Assembly: GCA_003427395.1 (NCBI GenBank)
Contig: BFEA01000003.1
Location: 1,368,206-1,432,205, forward strand
Direction: 5' to 3'
Source: Chara braunii
Taxonomy: Eukaryota; Plantae; Charophyceae
DNA: 64,000 bases
A model generated the notes under the pieces. The model was not told the DNA's origin. It did no database searches and saw only the letters and a list, made by a program, of their open reading frames with translations. Each line of letters begins with the position of its first letter. The first letter of the stretch is position 1. Position numbers and translations under genes: made by a program. This document shows, one piece after another, positions 52,000 through 63,845 of the stretch.

Positions 52000-54225
52000 T
52001 CACGGAGATGCAGTTAATGAAGGAGAGTGAGGAGAGTCAGGAGATGGAGGAGATGGGGGAGACTCAGGAGAAGCAGGAGATGTGGGAGAAGTAGGAGATG
52101 CTGAATCGGGGCCTGACGGTGAGGCGAGTGAGGCATCTGATTCATGTGAAGTGGGTGCCGTGTGCAATTCCGGTGAAGCGGGCAAAGCAGCTGACTCCGG
52201 CGTAGCAGGTGGTGTTGGTGAAGTAGGTTCACCTGACACAGTGACTGAAGTGGGAAAATCAGGTGACGTGGGTGGGTCTGGGGAAGTTGGGCTACGAGGC
52301 GAAGTGGGCAACACAGGTGACGTGGGTGGGTCGGGTGAGGCGGGTTCGGGTGAGGCGGGTTCCGTTGACTCTGGTGAAGCAGGACCTGGTGACTCAGGCG
52401 ATGAGGGCGATGCGAGTGAGGTGGGTGAAGACGGAGGCGACGAAGGCGATCCCACGTTGAATTCCTGGAAGCTGAAGGTGTCCCCTTCATTGGCCCCTCC
52501 CAGTGTGAGGGGTATGTTCTGTTTCCCAGCACCGGGCTTCTGACCAGCTTCCGTGGTCTCATCAGGGGCATTAACGATCTGGAAGAATTCGACCTCTGTG
52601 GCCTTAATCACCTGGCTGTGATCCTCTGTTGAGTCGATGCTTCCTCCCTTGGCCTCATATTTCTTGGCCTTGGCCTTCAATTCCCTGGCCTTGATTTCTA
52701 GGTTCCTTTCTCGCTTCGTCTCTCTTTCAAACATCTGGACCATCGACTGTTTCTCGTTGGGTTGCATGACCACCAAACCGTCGCAGAAGTCCAGAAGGGT
52801 CGTTGACCCATCAGCTGCCCCCACGGCTAGTAATTTGCCTGACTCTTGTATGTTGAGAGACGTCAAACCAATGTCTGACTCGGTGACTTTGACTACTAGA
52901 GTGGGGTCATTCTGCTTATAAAAGAAGTCCCACACATCAAGAGATCCATCCATCTTGGTCGTAAAGAACACCCCTGGTCTGGTGGGGCTCCAGCAGGCCC
53001 CTGTCACGTAATTGGTCTGGTACCTTGTGGTCATAATAGGGGTCTTTAAGTCGTCCATCCATACCCTTGCTGCCCAGTCCCCAGCGCTCAGAAAGTACTT
53101 GGGGAAAAAGGGGTTCCTTTGCAGCGAGTACACGGGGCCATGATGACCATAATAGGAATTGCCGATCCTATCTGCCGGGGTCTTTCCTTTCCTATTACAG
53201 GAGACGATGATCCCCTGCTCGGTACCCACCATGAATTTGGTGGGCCCCGCCACAGCCTCGTACTCCATGCTCACCCCTCCCAAAACGATGGAGGAGTTGC
53301 GCTCCATGAGAACCAGGGACTCGAGGGGTTCCCCGAGTCGCCGCGTGTCCCACCACATCACGCTCCCGTCGGTGCTGATGCTTGCACACTCCGTGCCGGT
53401 CTTGCTCATCAGCCACGTCACGTCGTAGACGGGATCGGAGTGCGACTTCTCGATCGGCGAGGAGTCCATGGGCGGGCTGCCCTTTCGCGTGTCGAAGTAA
53501 GCAATCTGCCCGTTGTAAAGGCCGCTGACTAGGATGTTGGGATCCCGAGGGTTGTACACGACACAGCACATCTGACTGGTCGGTTGCAATTCCAAGTCCG
53601 CCTGGTTGGGATTGTTGACGTCCCAAATATAGCTGTTGACGCTCATGTCTTCGGGCATCCGCTGGAACTGCAGGATGGAATAGGCAACGGCTAGTTTGCG
53701 CGCGCCGTCGGGGTACCAGGAGATGTAGGACGCTGACCGTTTGACCACGGGATCGGGATCACGAAAGACGGTCAAAGTCTTGGCATAGGGCTGCTCGCTG
53801 CTGTGGTCGGTGATCGAACCAGCAAAGTACTCTTCGTATATATCTATAGCGTTGTTCTGATTGATCAACGTCTCCATTCTTGCGGCCAATGAACGTAAAC
53901 ACTTGATGTATTCCTCGTCCTTCTCCACCTTCTTGCGAAACCTCACCTTCTGATCCATCTCCGTGGGGTCCACGTCTTTCTGCCAACCCCCTTCGAAATG
54001 CAGCATGCCTTGAGTGGCATAGACAACTCGATCGGTGTTGGCCTCGTGCTCAGACATCTCGGGCACTAATTGCAAGCTCACGGTGCAGGGATTGCGTTCC
54101 ATATGCTCGGCAGCAAGAACCTGATCATGACGAATGTCGGCGAGAGGCTCCACGGGGGAGTCTGTGAAGGTGCAATACCTACCGAACTCCCGCCGTTCCT
54201 TCTGATAAATGTAAACAATCTCCAT
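52000..54225 (-). CDS. DNAI2: Axonemal outer-arm dynein intermediate chain 2 (IC2/IC69/ODA6 orthologue), WD40, intronless, 741 aa
   Basis: N-terminus MEIVYIYQKERREFGR..EMSEHEANT..HFEGGW.KDVD, plus QNNAIDIYEEYF, KLAVAYSILQFQ, FMVGTEQG, GHHGPVY.LQRNPF, WSPTRP and MFERETKRE, all typical of DNAI2/ODA6. Confidence 0.95.
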   Translation of the reverse strand: MEIVYIYQKERREFGRYCTFTDSPVEPLADIRHDQVLAAEHMERNPCTVSLQLVPEMSEHEANTDRVVYATQGMLHFEGGWQKDVDPTEMDQKVRFRKKVEKDEEYIKCLRSLAARMETLINQNNAIDIYEEYFAGSITDHSSEQPYAKTLTVFRDPDPVVKRSASYISWYPDGARKLAVAYSILQFQRMPEDMSVNSYIWDVNNPNQADLELQPTSQMCCVVYNPRDPNILVSGLYNGQIAYFDTRKGSPPMDSSPIEKSHSDPVYDVTWLMSKTGTECASISTDGSVMWWDTRRLGEPLESLVLMERNSSIVLGGVSMEYEAVAGPTKFMVGTEQGIIVSCNRKGKTPADRIGNSYYGHHGPVYSLQRNPFFPKYFLSAGDWAARVWMDDLKTPIMTTRYQTNYVTGACWSPTRPGVFFTTKMDGSLDVWDFFYKQNDPTLVVKVTESDIGLTSLNIQESGKLLAVGAADGSTTLLDFCDGLVVMQPNEKQSMVQMFERETKRERNLEIKARELKAKAKKYEAKGGSIDSTEDHSQVIKATEVEFFQIVNAPDETTEAGQKPGAGKQNIPLTLGGANEGDTFSFQEFNVGSPSSPPSSPTSLASPSSPESPGPASPESTEPASPEPASPDPPTSPVLPTSPRSPTSPDPPTSPDFPTSVTVSGEPTSPTPPATPESAALPASPELHTAPTSHESDASLASPSGPDSASPTSPTSPASPESPPSPPSPDSPHSPSLTASP

Positions 54226-54334
54226 CGTGTATAATGGGAAGCAAGTATATATCAATCGATTGATCGAGAGCTTGACAGATCGATTGATCGATTTATATTA
54301 AATAGATTGATTGACTGATCGACGGATGGAAGGG

Positions 54335-54336
<2 letters not shown>

Positions 54337-54412
<76 letters not shown>

Positions 54413-54503
54413 GTTTGCACGCCCCTTCGTTGCTGGTATGTTACACAGCGAATCACACTCTGTCCATGTCACAGACATACATGAGCTCACACACCTCCTC
54501 CTC

Positions 54504-54586
<83 letters not shown>

Positions 54587-54680
54587 TGCACGCTCCTTCG
54601 TTGCTGTTATGTTACACAGCGCAACACATACGGTCCATGTCACAGACCTACATGAGGTCACATACCTCCTCCTCCCCTCC
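54337..54680. repeat. Tandem duplication of (CT)n plus a unit of about 95 bp upstream of DNAI2
   Basis: CGTTTGCACGC..TTCGTTGCTG..GTTACACAGCG..GTCCATGTCACAGAC occurs twice. Confidence 0.85.
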
Positions 54681-55718
54681 CAAGCACACATAGACAATGC
54701 GCAGAAACGCAAACTATGGTCCCCTCTCTCCTTGAAGAAAATCTCTCTCTCTTTCCCACCAAACGCATCACCCGTGCCGTCGAAACGCCCACACACATCA
54801 TGTGCGAGAGTGTGAGCATGTCAGACTCTCTTTAGGATCGCCCTTTTGACTTAGTATGTCCCACGTCTCTCCACAGACAAATCCTCCCTCACGGACTATC
54901 GACTTACGCCTCGCCTTACGCCTTAATACGGCCTTATGCCTTCTGGGCTGGCGTGTTTGCAAGTCATTGTTTTCTTTTCGTTCCGGTTTGTTTGTTATTA
55001 AAGACTTAATTTAAGCGGTATCATAGTAATTAATAATGCTCCAAAACGCATTCAACTTTCAATTGAACGAGCCAGTGGAGTCACACCGATTAACTGCCAT
55101 GGTCAGTCTCTCAAACTTCTCCCTTCTCCGTCCTTATCGTGCCAACAAGTGTTTGCTTCTTTATTGTCTTTTTTTCCTCTCAATATTTTCTTGACGACCA
55201 CTTCAAGATGTTTCAGCTCCACCAGATTTCGTCGCCCGCCCTCCGCTGCTGAGTCACTCAACACGTGGCGTCCATGCGAACGGACACATTGGAGTGAATT
55301 GAAACCAGAATGCATAACACGTGGTGAGCTCTCCTTGCCTGTGACCTGTCCATGTCCATTCCTTCAGCCAAGTTCGTCAAAGCATTGCCTGCAACACTTT
55401 TTTTTTTTTTTTTTTTTTTTTTACCATCCCTTGCGGGTGCTAGAGGTGTTGCTGAGCGCAATCACCGCTAGCCCCAAAGGGAGACTGCATCTATTCCTTG
55501 CCTGCAAAACCTGCAATTTAGAAGCCTTAGGGTGAAATTCACCCCCCCCCCCCTTCTTTTTTTTTTTTAAAACCTGCGTTACTGGCAGGACTCCAGCTTG
55601 TATCCGGTGGACTCTAACTTTCTCATTTAACGATGGTTCGAACTACCCGCAGGGTTTACAAATTACAATTCTGACCAAGCGCGGTCGCATCCGATTCCCG
55701 CGCGCGCGCGAGAGAGAG

Positions 55719-55793
<75 letters not shown>

Positions 55794-55813
55794 ACATGAG
55801 GACGACCCCCAGG

Positions 55814-55893
<80 letters not shown>

Positions 55894-56346
55894 ACATGAC
55901 GAGGACGAGCCCCAGGCCCAAGTTACGAACGACGGCGAAAGCCCATCCTTGTAGCGGAAGAGGGAGGTCGTGGCACTCTTTTTCAGGCGGGGGTCGTAGC
56001 CCGTGTCGTACGAACTCGTGTTCTCGATCGGTAATTGCGATAAAACTGAAGCAGAACTTTTTCGCAGACGTCTCTGGATGAGATATGAACTTACTGCGTG
56101 AGTCTGTGTCCAGTAATCTTAGTGGTTTTCAGATCAGGGATCGAAGCCTGCAAAAAAAATCGTCTCGGCAGTGGCAAATAGATCAGCGTTGCTTGCCCAC
56201 CTTAGATTGGCTAATGTTTGTTTGCGTACCTTAGATCGGATGGTGTACAGCAACAACAACAACAACCAGAAAAATCCGTCCCATCTCCGTCCCTTCCAGA
56301 CAGAAGGGATAAGGGGAATTGTTTGGGGGAAAAAATAAATATAAAG

Positions 56347-56378
<32 letters not shown>

Positions 56379-56597
56379 AAGATCGGATGGTGTAACTGAC
56401 CACACGTTCCTGAAGCAAAGAGGTATTGCAGTGCATTGGGATCGTGCATTAGATGTCTCTCACATGTGCGGCTGATGATGTGCCCCTTTCTCTCTGCTGT
56501 ACTCTCTAAGGGGGGGGACCCATATATGTTTGTCATGCACAATGGCAGTCCTTCGGAGACGGCGGACAGTTGTTTGGCCGGTGCTTGGGGGGAAGGA

Positions 56598-56930
56598 ACA
56601 GTGGCATTTGGATGCGAGAGCCGTACTATGTGGCTATAGCCTATTGGGGCTATTGGCTATTGGACACAGCTTTGGACACAGTGGCATTTGGANACAGTGG
56701 CATTTGGATGCGAGAGCCGTACTATGTGGCTATAGCCTATTGGGGCTATTGGCTATTGGACACAGCTTTGGACACAGTGGCATTTGGATGCGAGAGCCCT
56801 ACTATGTGGCTATAGCCTATTGGGGCTATTGGGGCTATTGGCCATTGGACACAGTGGCATTTGGATGCGAGAGCCGTACTATGTGGCTATAGCCTATTGG
56901 GGCTATTGGCTATTGGACACAGCTTTGGAC
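56598..56930. repeat. About 78-bp tandem repeat, about 4 copies
   Basis: ACAGTGGCATTTGGATGCGAGAGCCGTACTATGTGGCTATAGCCTATTGGGGCTATTGG recurs. Confidence 0.9.
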
Positions 56931-58061
56931 CCCATTTTGCCCGATCCCTATTTCCAAGCCTCTGTCCCCCGATGCCAATCAATTTCTCCGGCATGCTGGA
57001 TTCGTCCAACCAGCACAAGCACGAAATCGAATCTTTTTGGGCCCCTTGTTTGCAGCCCTTAGGCTACGGTATAGTGGGCTTCCGCGTCTGTGTCAAGGTG
57101 TCGCATTTTTGGCGGCAGGCGACCAGGACGCAAAGTGGGTTCTTAGGGGGCAAAAAATTTTGGGGGACCGGTCCTTGGCAAAACTGCGGACCACCTACAG
57201 CTAGCTCTGCTAGAACCGGGACTTTTGGAAAAAGGAAGGACCGGTCCTCGGGTGGAAGTGGACCCCAAAAAGAAGTGGGGGGCGTAGGACCGGACCCCGG
57301 GTAGAAGCGGACCCCAAAAAGAAGTGAGGGCATGTGAACTGCAAAAGGGCCCTCAGGTCCAGGCATTTCTCAAGACAGGGACGTCAGGCATAGGCATTTT
57401 GCAAGAGGCAACTTTGGCGATTTTCTGTGCTCGAACGAACATGCACAAAAATCTGAAATTCTGAGAATCCATAGATGAGGTCGTGTTCTTTCCAGAAATA
57501 ATAATAGAACATTTANNNNNNNNNNNNNNNNNNNNNNNNNNNNNNNNNNNNNNNNNNNNNNNNNNNNNNNNNNNNNNNNNNNNNNNNNNNNNNNNNNNNN
57601 NNNNNNNNNNNNNNNNNNNNNNNNNNNNNNNNNNNNNNNNNNNNNNNNNNNNNNNNNNNNNNNNNNNNNNNNNNNNNNNNNNNNNNNNNNNNNNNNNNNN
57701 NNNNNNNNNNNNNNNNNNNNNNNNNNNNNNNNNNNNNNNNNNNNNNNNNNNNNNNNNNNNNNNNNNNNNNNNNNNNNNNNNNNNNNNNNNNNNNNNNNNN
57801 NNNNNNNNNNNNNNNNNNNNNNNNNNNNNNNNNNNNNNNNNNNNNNNNNNNNNNNNNNNNNNNNNNNNNNNNNNNNNNNNNNNNNNNNNNNNNNNNNNNN
57901 NNNNNNNNNNNNNNNNNNNNNNNNNCTCTCTCTCTTGTGTTAGCTCTTAGTCTCATTGATTTGGCTACCTTAGGGCTGCGTTCCCCGCGCCCACGCGGTA
58001 GACAATTTTGGTGGACTGAGCCACACTCAGTGTGTGGAACAGAATCGCGCGGCCCCCATGT

Positions 58062-58327
58062 TTAATGGCGTCTACCTGGGGAAGTTCTGTCGAAGGGGCT
58101 TGTTGTGGTGGTTCAAAGCCAACAAAGGCCCAACATGTTTAGGATAGGGAGGAAGGCTATCTAAATTCTAATACCACCATTGCCCCACCCCCATGCTGAA
58201 TGGCGTGTACCTGGGGAAGTGTTTTTTGTCGAGGGGGCTTGTTGTGGCGGTTCAAAGCCAACAAAGGCCCAACATTTTATAGGATAGGGAGGAAGGCTGT
58301 CTAAATTCTAATACCACCATTGCCCCT
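58062..58327. repeat. Tandem duplication of about 140 bp
   Basis: AATGGCGT.TACCTGGGGAAGT..TTCAAAGCCAACAAAGGCCCAACAT..ATACCACCATTGCCCC occurs twice. Confidence 0.85.
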
Positions 58328-58592
58328 TGATGCGTTTTAAATGTGCATTGCGAACAGTGGTGGTTTATGAACACTTTGGGGGCAGAAGTGCACTCTGGTG
58401 GTAATGGAGGCTGTGAGGAGGAAGGGGAGAGGTCTGTTCTATGTAAGGGATGCAGGACCCGGGTTTCAGCAGGTGCTGGCCCCCACCAATAGATGGAGCC
58501 TTCAACCGGGGACCCACTTAGGAAGACTGCTCTTACCACCTCCTCAAGCGTGCCCCAACTTGGATCTTTTAATTAAAAAAAAGGGAAAACTA

Positions 58593-58767
58593 CGTGGGAG
58601 TCATAAAAACGAGTTATAATTGCATCATGGGCCAAGATACAGTTTCGAAATGCAGTTCGGGCAATGTATACAACCCAACTTTCTGGCCAGGTAGGGTGCC
58701 CAAAGTGCAATTGCAAAATGTGTCTTGGCCCATAGTGCAATCACAACTCGTTTGTGTGACTCTACTG
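58593..58767. mobile_element. Palindromic MITE, second copy of 27217-27396
   Basis: High identity to 27217-27396, with inverted arms. Confidence 0.75.
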
Positions 58768-59107
58768 AGCTTACCCAAAAAAAAGGAGGATGAGGGGGAA
58801 AGGACTAAACTGACTCAATGAGATAACTGGCCCAATCACCAATTCAATCCGAATCGATACTTGCTGAGCAAAGGGTATCTGCATGTGATGAACCAACAGA
58901 GAGAACAGTAACTTGGTTAACGACTTTTTTTGCTGACAGGTTACAGGGATCAAAAGTAGTGAAATGTTTGCTAACCTTCAGGGGGATGGAAAGGATGACA
59001 AGGAACTGAAATATTGTATGTAGTCAGTATATACGCGCCCAATGATCCTGGGCAAAGATTCACATTCTACACAGTGCTCCAACATCTGCTCCCCGAAATG
59101 CCCCTAT

Positions 59108-61393
59108 TGTGATGCGCCAGCCTCCGGACCGGCGCCATCTTCCAACCCCCCCCCCCCCCTCCCTCTTTTTCGAATTTTGGTGTTCTTGCAAACAGGCCGA
59201 CGGGGCCTCTTTTTGTTTGAATTAATGTGCATTGCTCGTAATTAGGGAAGTCCATCCTTCTCAGGACCTTCGTCAACTTTTTGGAATGTTATCTTTTTTG
59301 CAATTCGGGAAATACATGGGAATTACGCGCACCTTAGCGAGCGCGCTAGGAATTCGGGTCGATGGTTAGGAATTCCGGAATGAGTGGAACCTGACGTGTC
59401 CTTTCTTGTGCATGAAATTTTCGTAGAAATCTAAATAGGTATAGGGCCTGCTCTACGCGCGGATATGGTACTTTTCAATTTTGAATTAGCTGTAACTGTT
59501 TCGATGCCATTTTTGCCTCCGCGTCGGTGCCATGCATGCGAACTTCCCCTCCCTGCTTCCCTCGCTACCTTCGACGCTCTCTTCTTCACACTCACGCTCC
59601 TTCTCTCTCTGTAACCGTTTTCCATCTCCCCCTTGCCTCGCGTGCCTTTTCTCTTTCTTGATCGTCTGCATCTTGGTTCCGTTTCACGCTATACTCCACA
59701 CTCGTCTTCTTCCTGCTCTAAACCTTGCACCGGAATACCCTGACGATTTTCTCCTCCTCCCCTCTAGCCAAGGAGACGCGTCGTGTAAGAAGGATGTGCC
59801 TGATTATACGACGATTCCGATTGGCTACGACTGGGCTCTAAAGGATCGACATGTTTTTCGACGGACGATTATCCCTAAACTTCCCCCTACCCCTTCCTAC
59901 CTCAGTCCTAACCCTTCCTAGCGTCTATCTCCTTTTCTGCAGCTATAAATTCCGCAAGCGCTCCCGGAAATCTCTCTCTCAACTCATCTGTCAGCTTCCG
60001 GGAAGTAGTGGTTAGAGTGTGTGTGTGAAGGGCGAGTCGAAGAATGCGGAAGGGTTGACTTTAGTCTTGTCGGCTGTGCGCTGGATCGCCCCGTCGGATT
60101 GTGGGATCTGGGCAAGACCGTGCAGAGGCTAAGTCGGTGGGCTGATGATCGCTGCGGTGGACTAACACAATACGACCGAGATCGTCAGTGCTCGTGAGAG
60201 GTTCAAATCAGAAGTTGAGTGAATGCATGGCCTGGGGTTATGGAGGAATTTTATGGCGGAAGCGCCTCTTTTTGTCCCAAAATCTGTATCTTTGAGCGTG
60301 AGTTCTAATCACTCAGTTTTTAAGTCGACATTTCCCTTGACAAGATCGCCGGACATTCTGTGATTGCTTTCTACTCTTTCCTCCCCTCTGATCTGTGTCT
60401 ATTCTCCCTCACTCTCTCCTTCTATTATGTTTTGCTATAATGGATGAATTATAGTAACTTTGCTTCTCTCACTTTGATATGTGCATGCAGTGGGTCATAT
60501 TAGAGAGCTTGTTGTAGCATGACTGGGATGATGAATGGCTGATCGACTGGATGATTTGCTTAGAATGTCGAACGAATGATGTATGATTAGGAAGAATTTG
60601 TGTGCCTGCTTTTGTTGCCATATGGACTGACGGCCCCAACCTGACCGGATGCCAACTTCCCGTACCCCCGCCGCGCCCCTTCTCGTACAACGAGGAAAGG
60701 ACACGTGTATGCGAGGGGGACGTACGAGGAGTCATCGCTAAGATCGGTGAGCGTTACTACTTTCCTCCCGAAACTCGCTGTTCTGAATTCATCGGTGTGG
60801 GTTTTGTTATTGTTGATAGGCATTTTCCGCCCTATTCGTTACTGTTGTCATTTAACGAGTTGATCATCATTCCGTGGATGACAGCAGAGCCTCATTGGCC
60901 TTACACTCTGTGCAGCAATTGTTGTCGCCTCGAGCGTTATCGAGCCAAGGGTTTCCATTACCACACATGTAGTGAGGACGAGCATAAGGCGAGGGCTACT
61001 CGATTGAAGCCCTTCACGTCGGACTCGGAGTTGTGTAACGAACGCGGACGAGACCTCATCCGTAAACGAGATACCACGTGTGTACCCGCCCCCTTTCACG
61101 CAAAACGAAGAGAGACGGCTCGTTGGGAAGTTCGACGATACTTTTTGGATTGAATTTCCCATAGCCGCGAGCCCCGCGGGCACCGTTTCTATCCCCTAAG
61201 CCCGTGCGGTGACAAACTTTTTTCTTACTAAAGTCGGACCAGCACAGGGGGATTTCAGTTCCGTCTGTGTCCCCACACTCAATTTTCCCAAAAATCATTG
61301 GCACACCCCATCTTCGCTTTCCTCCCGGGGCCCTTCCGCAAGCCAAAACACTCCGACTGGGAAGCAGAGCAGGGCGTGAGGTTGAGCGTCACA
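59108..61393 (+). mobile_element. Family A-related solo-LTR-like unit (most diverged copy)
   Basis: TGTGATGCG ... GGGCGTGAGGTTGAGCGTCACA, CTATAAAT at 59943, a 3' end similar to the other copies and a homologous ORF. Confidence 0.75.
60602..61153 (+). CDS. Family A LTR-borne ORF, diverged open copy (183 codons; start uncertain)
   Basis: R.CE.D..FPPY..L.I.PW..P.WP..CSNC..RL.P..SE.C..R.R..I..RD...VPA aligns with 48461-49036. Confidence 0.65.
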   Translation: MPAFVAIWTDGPNLTGCQLPVPPPRPFSYNEERTRVCEGDVRGVIAKIGERYYFPPETRCSEFIGVGFVIVDRHFPPYSLLLSFNELIIIPWMTAEPHWPYTLCSNCCRLERYRAKGFHYHTCSEDEHKARATRLKPFTSDSELCNERGRDLIRKRDTTCVPAPFHAKRRETARWEVRRYFLD

Positions 61394-63123
61394 TCGTGAT
61401 TGTGGGGGACTTCACCACAACACCAGACCCGATGATTGACAGGCGATCCCTCACCCACAATTCCCAGAATGCTCCTGTGTACTGCGGTCCCGATGTTGCA
61501 GCTTTGGGACATATCATGGCGGATTTGAGTCTCATAAACTCATACAGACAACTCCATCCTACTACCAAAAGGGCATTCACATGTGTGAGATCGAGGGGGG
61601 ACAGAGGCATTGCGAACTCCAGGATTGACCTAGCCCGTATCTCAGAAGAGATTTCATGACTTCTCACGGTTGCGGATGTTTGCACCATCTCGCCGTGTAA
61701 GTCCTTTGGCCACAGAATGATAGTGACTGGCCTATCCTTCCACTCACACATAAACAAAGGCCCGGGCTTTTTCAAATTCAACAACACGCTCCTTAATCTC
61801 CCTTCTTTTGACATCTTAGTTAAGGAGTTATGTGCATACTCGTCTACGCACAAGCCCGAGGATGAAGGCTAGTCCACTTGTTCAACGACGACGTCGCACA
61901 ACTTCATGAAAGAGTAAAGAAATACTTAATTAAAAATGCTAGGGGGCGTAAGGAGAACCTCGAGAGGCTCATGGTCCACCTAGAAGAATGGGATGCCCAT
62001 CTCATGGACCACCCCGTGGACACGAATACCTACGACACTATCCAAAGGGCGAGGGCTCAGCTACAAGATTATCTTGATAACCAGAACCAGAAATGTAGAA
62101 TTCAGCCATGAATCAAGAAGGATACAACAAAAGGAATACTAACAAAGACGTTCGTCCATAAAGCTAAGAATATAAATAGACAAAGCACAGTTTCTTCCTT
62201 GAGGCACCCGTTCGACAACAACCAACCACTAGCGTCAAATGCCTATAAGATAGTCGAGTATGCCTCGACATACTATCAAAGGCTTTTGACATCGGAGACT
62301 AACCATTCTCCACCTCATATTCTGCATACAGCTAGGGATACCCTCCTAAACACTATTCCGCCACTACTTACTACACAACAACGGAACGCCGTGCAGGCAT
62401 CCATCACACAGGAGGATATCTTGCTGGTCCTAAGGGACATGAATGATGAGAAAACCCCGGGGACCGATTCTTTTCCCAAAGAGTTCTGGCTCCACTTGAG
62501 AAACATTCCCATAAGATTTCTGCCAGTATGTGAATGCAGTTTACAGAGAAGAGACATTCGGAGATATGATTGGCCGGGGGATCACAACCCTCTTCTATAA
62601 AAAAAAAGACAAGGAAGACATACAAAATTATCGGCCTATCACTCTCCTTCCGATCCCCTATAAAATTACGGCAAAAGTCTGGGCTAACAGACTCCGCCCC
62701 CATCTTTCACACCTCATCCACCCCGACCAGTCTGGCCTCATGCCTTAATAAAAGATTTCTATAAACATTGAAAAAAAAAATATTATGTCATTTTTTATGT
62801 TAAATTTTGTTCTTTTATATAAAATTAAATATGTTTTTTAATTTATTTTACAATCACAAAAAATTTACTCTTTCAATCAAATTTTTGGGCCTAGAGAAAA
62901 AGTATGAGAGATTAACATAAATTATGATGATATATATATTTTTTAAATAAATAAACAAACAAAATAATAATAAAGATATATGAAGATTAAGGTTGCATGA
63001 AATAAGTGTAGCTGTAAGATGCAAAAGAAGAAAAAATGGGAGGGAGAGCAAAATAGTAATTATTTAGAATATTTTGGTAATATTTCAATGTAGAAAAACA
63101 TGGGAAAATATGTATATTCTCTC

Positions 63124-63845
63124 TAGGCTACCAGAGTGGCCCGGGGTCACTTGCCCGACCAGGCCAAAAAACATTAAAATAATAATGTTAATAAAAATCA
63201 TTTTATTTCTAGGAAGATTTTCGTGCCAGGCCGAGCAGGGCACTCGGGCGTGACGCCCTCCCAGAGGACCCCAAATCCGTACTTCTTTCAATTTTTGAGA
63301 GTTGGCTGTCAAGGGGGGGAAGGGGGGGCTAAGGGGTCCAATTCGGTGAGTAATTCTGATTTGACCATCAACCAAAAGATGTTTGTATTGCAATTCTACA
63401 CAACATATTTCTTTTGGGGATTTTAAGACTTTCGTTTTTTTTTTTTTTTTTTTTTTTTTTTCCGTGAGGAATTCTGATGTGACCCTCAGCCAAAAGTTGT
63501 TTGTATTGCAATTCTACAGAACATATATTTTTTTTTTTTTTTTTATTTTTTTTTGCGCTGGGCCTGGCCGAAACCCTGCCTGGGTGTCATGCGCGAGCGT
63601 ATATCCGGGCACAAGTTGGGTGCCCTGTCGCCCGAAAAAAACAGCATAGTTTTATTTTATTTTTTATTTTAAATTTGGTAAAAAATTTTGATGTCATCCT
63701 GAGGTAAAAATTGTTCAGTTTAAATTTTTGCGTAATGTATGTTTTTTTTTCTTTTTTCTTTTTTTCTTTAGGACCTTCCCTAGTTCTTTCACGACCGGAA
63801 CACCCAAGAACACAAGGTGCCTCGGGAGACTTGACTGGTAGCCTA
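63124..63845. mobile_element. hAT-like non-autonomous element; another left end starts at about 63926
   Basis: TIR TAGGCTACCAG / CTGGTAGCCTA; no convincing TSD. Confidence 0.55.

Larger units (their letters stand above)
58800..62748 (+). mobile_element. Decayed L1/Tx1-type LINE ORF2 (endonuclease to start of RT), split by a family A unit
   Basis: VSIYAPN..(insertion)..VIVGDF, SRID, KGPGFFKFNN, KTPGTD, NYRPITLL..YKITAKVWANRL..DQSG. Confidence 0.9.

Noticed and set aside
54226-54255. ORF-track start for DNAI2
   Set aside because: It is a non-ATG start; orthologues begin at MEI, which matches ATG 54225.
58884-58893. TGTGATGAAC as the left end of the fourth family A unit
   Set aside because: The downstream sequence does not resemble family A, and the LINE endonuclease frame continues to 59107.
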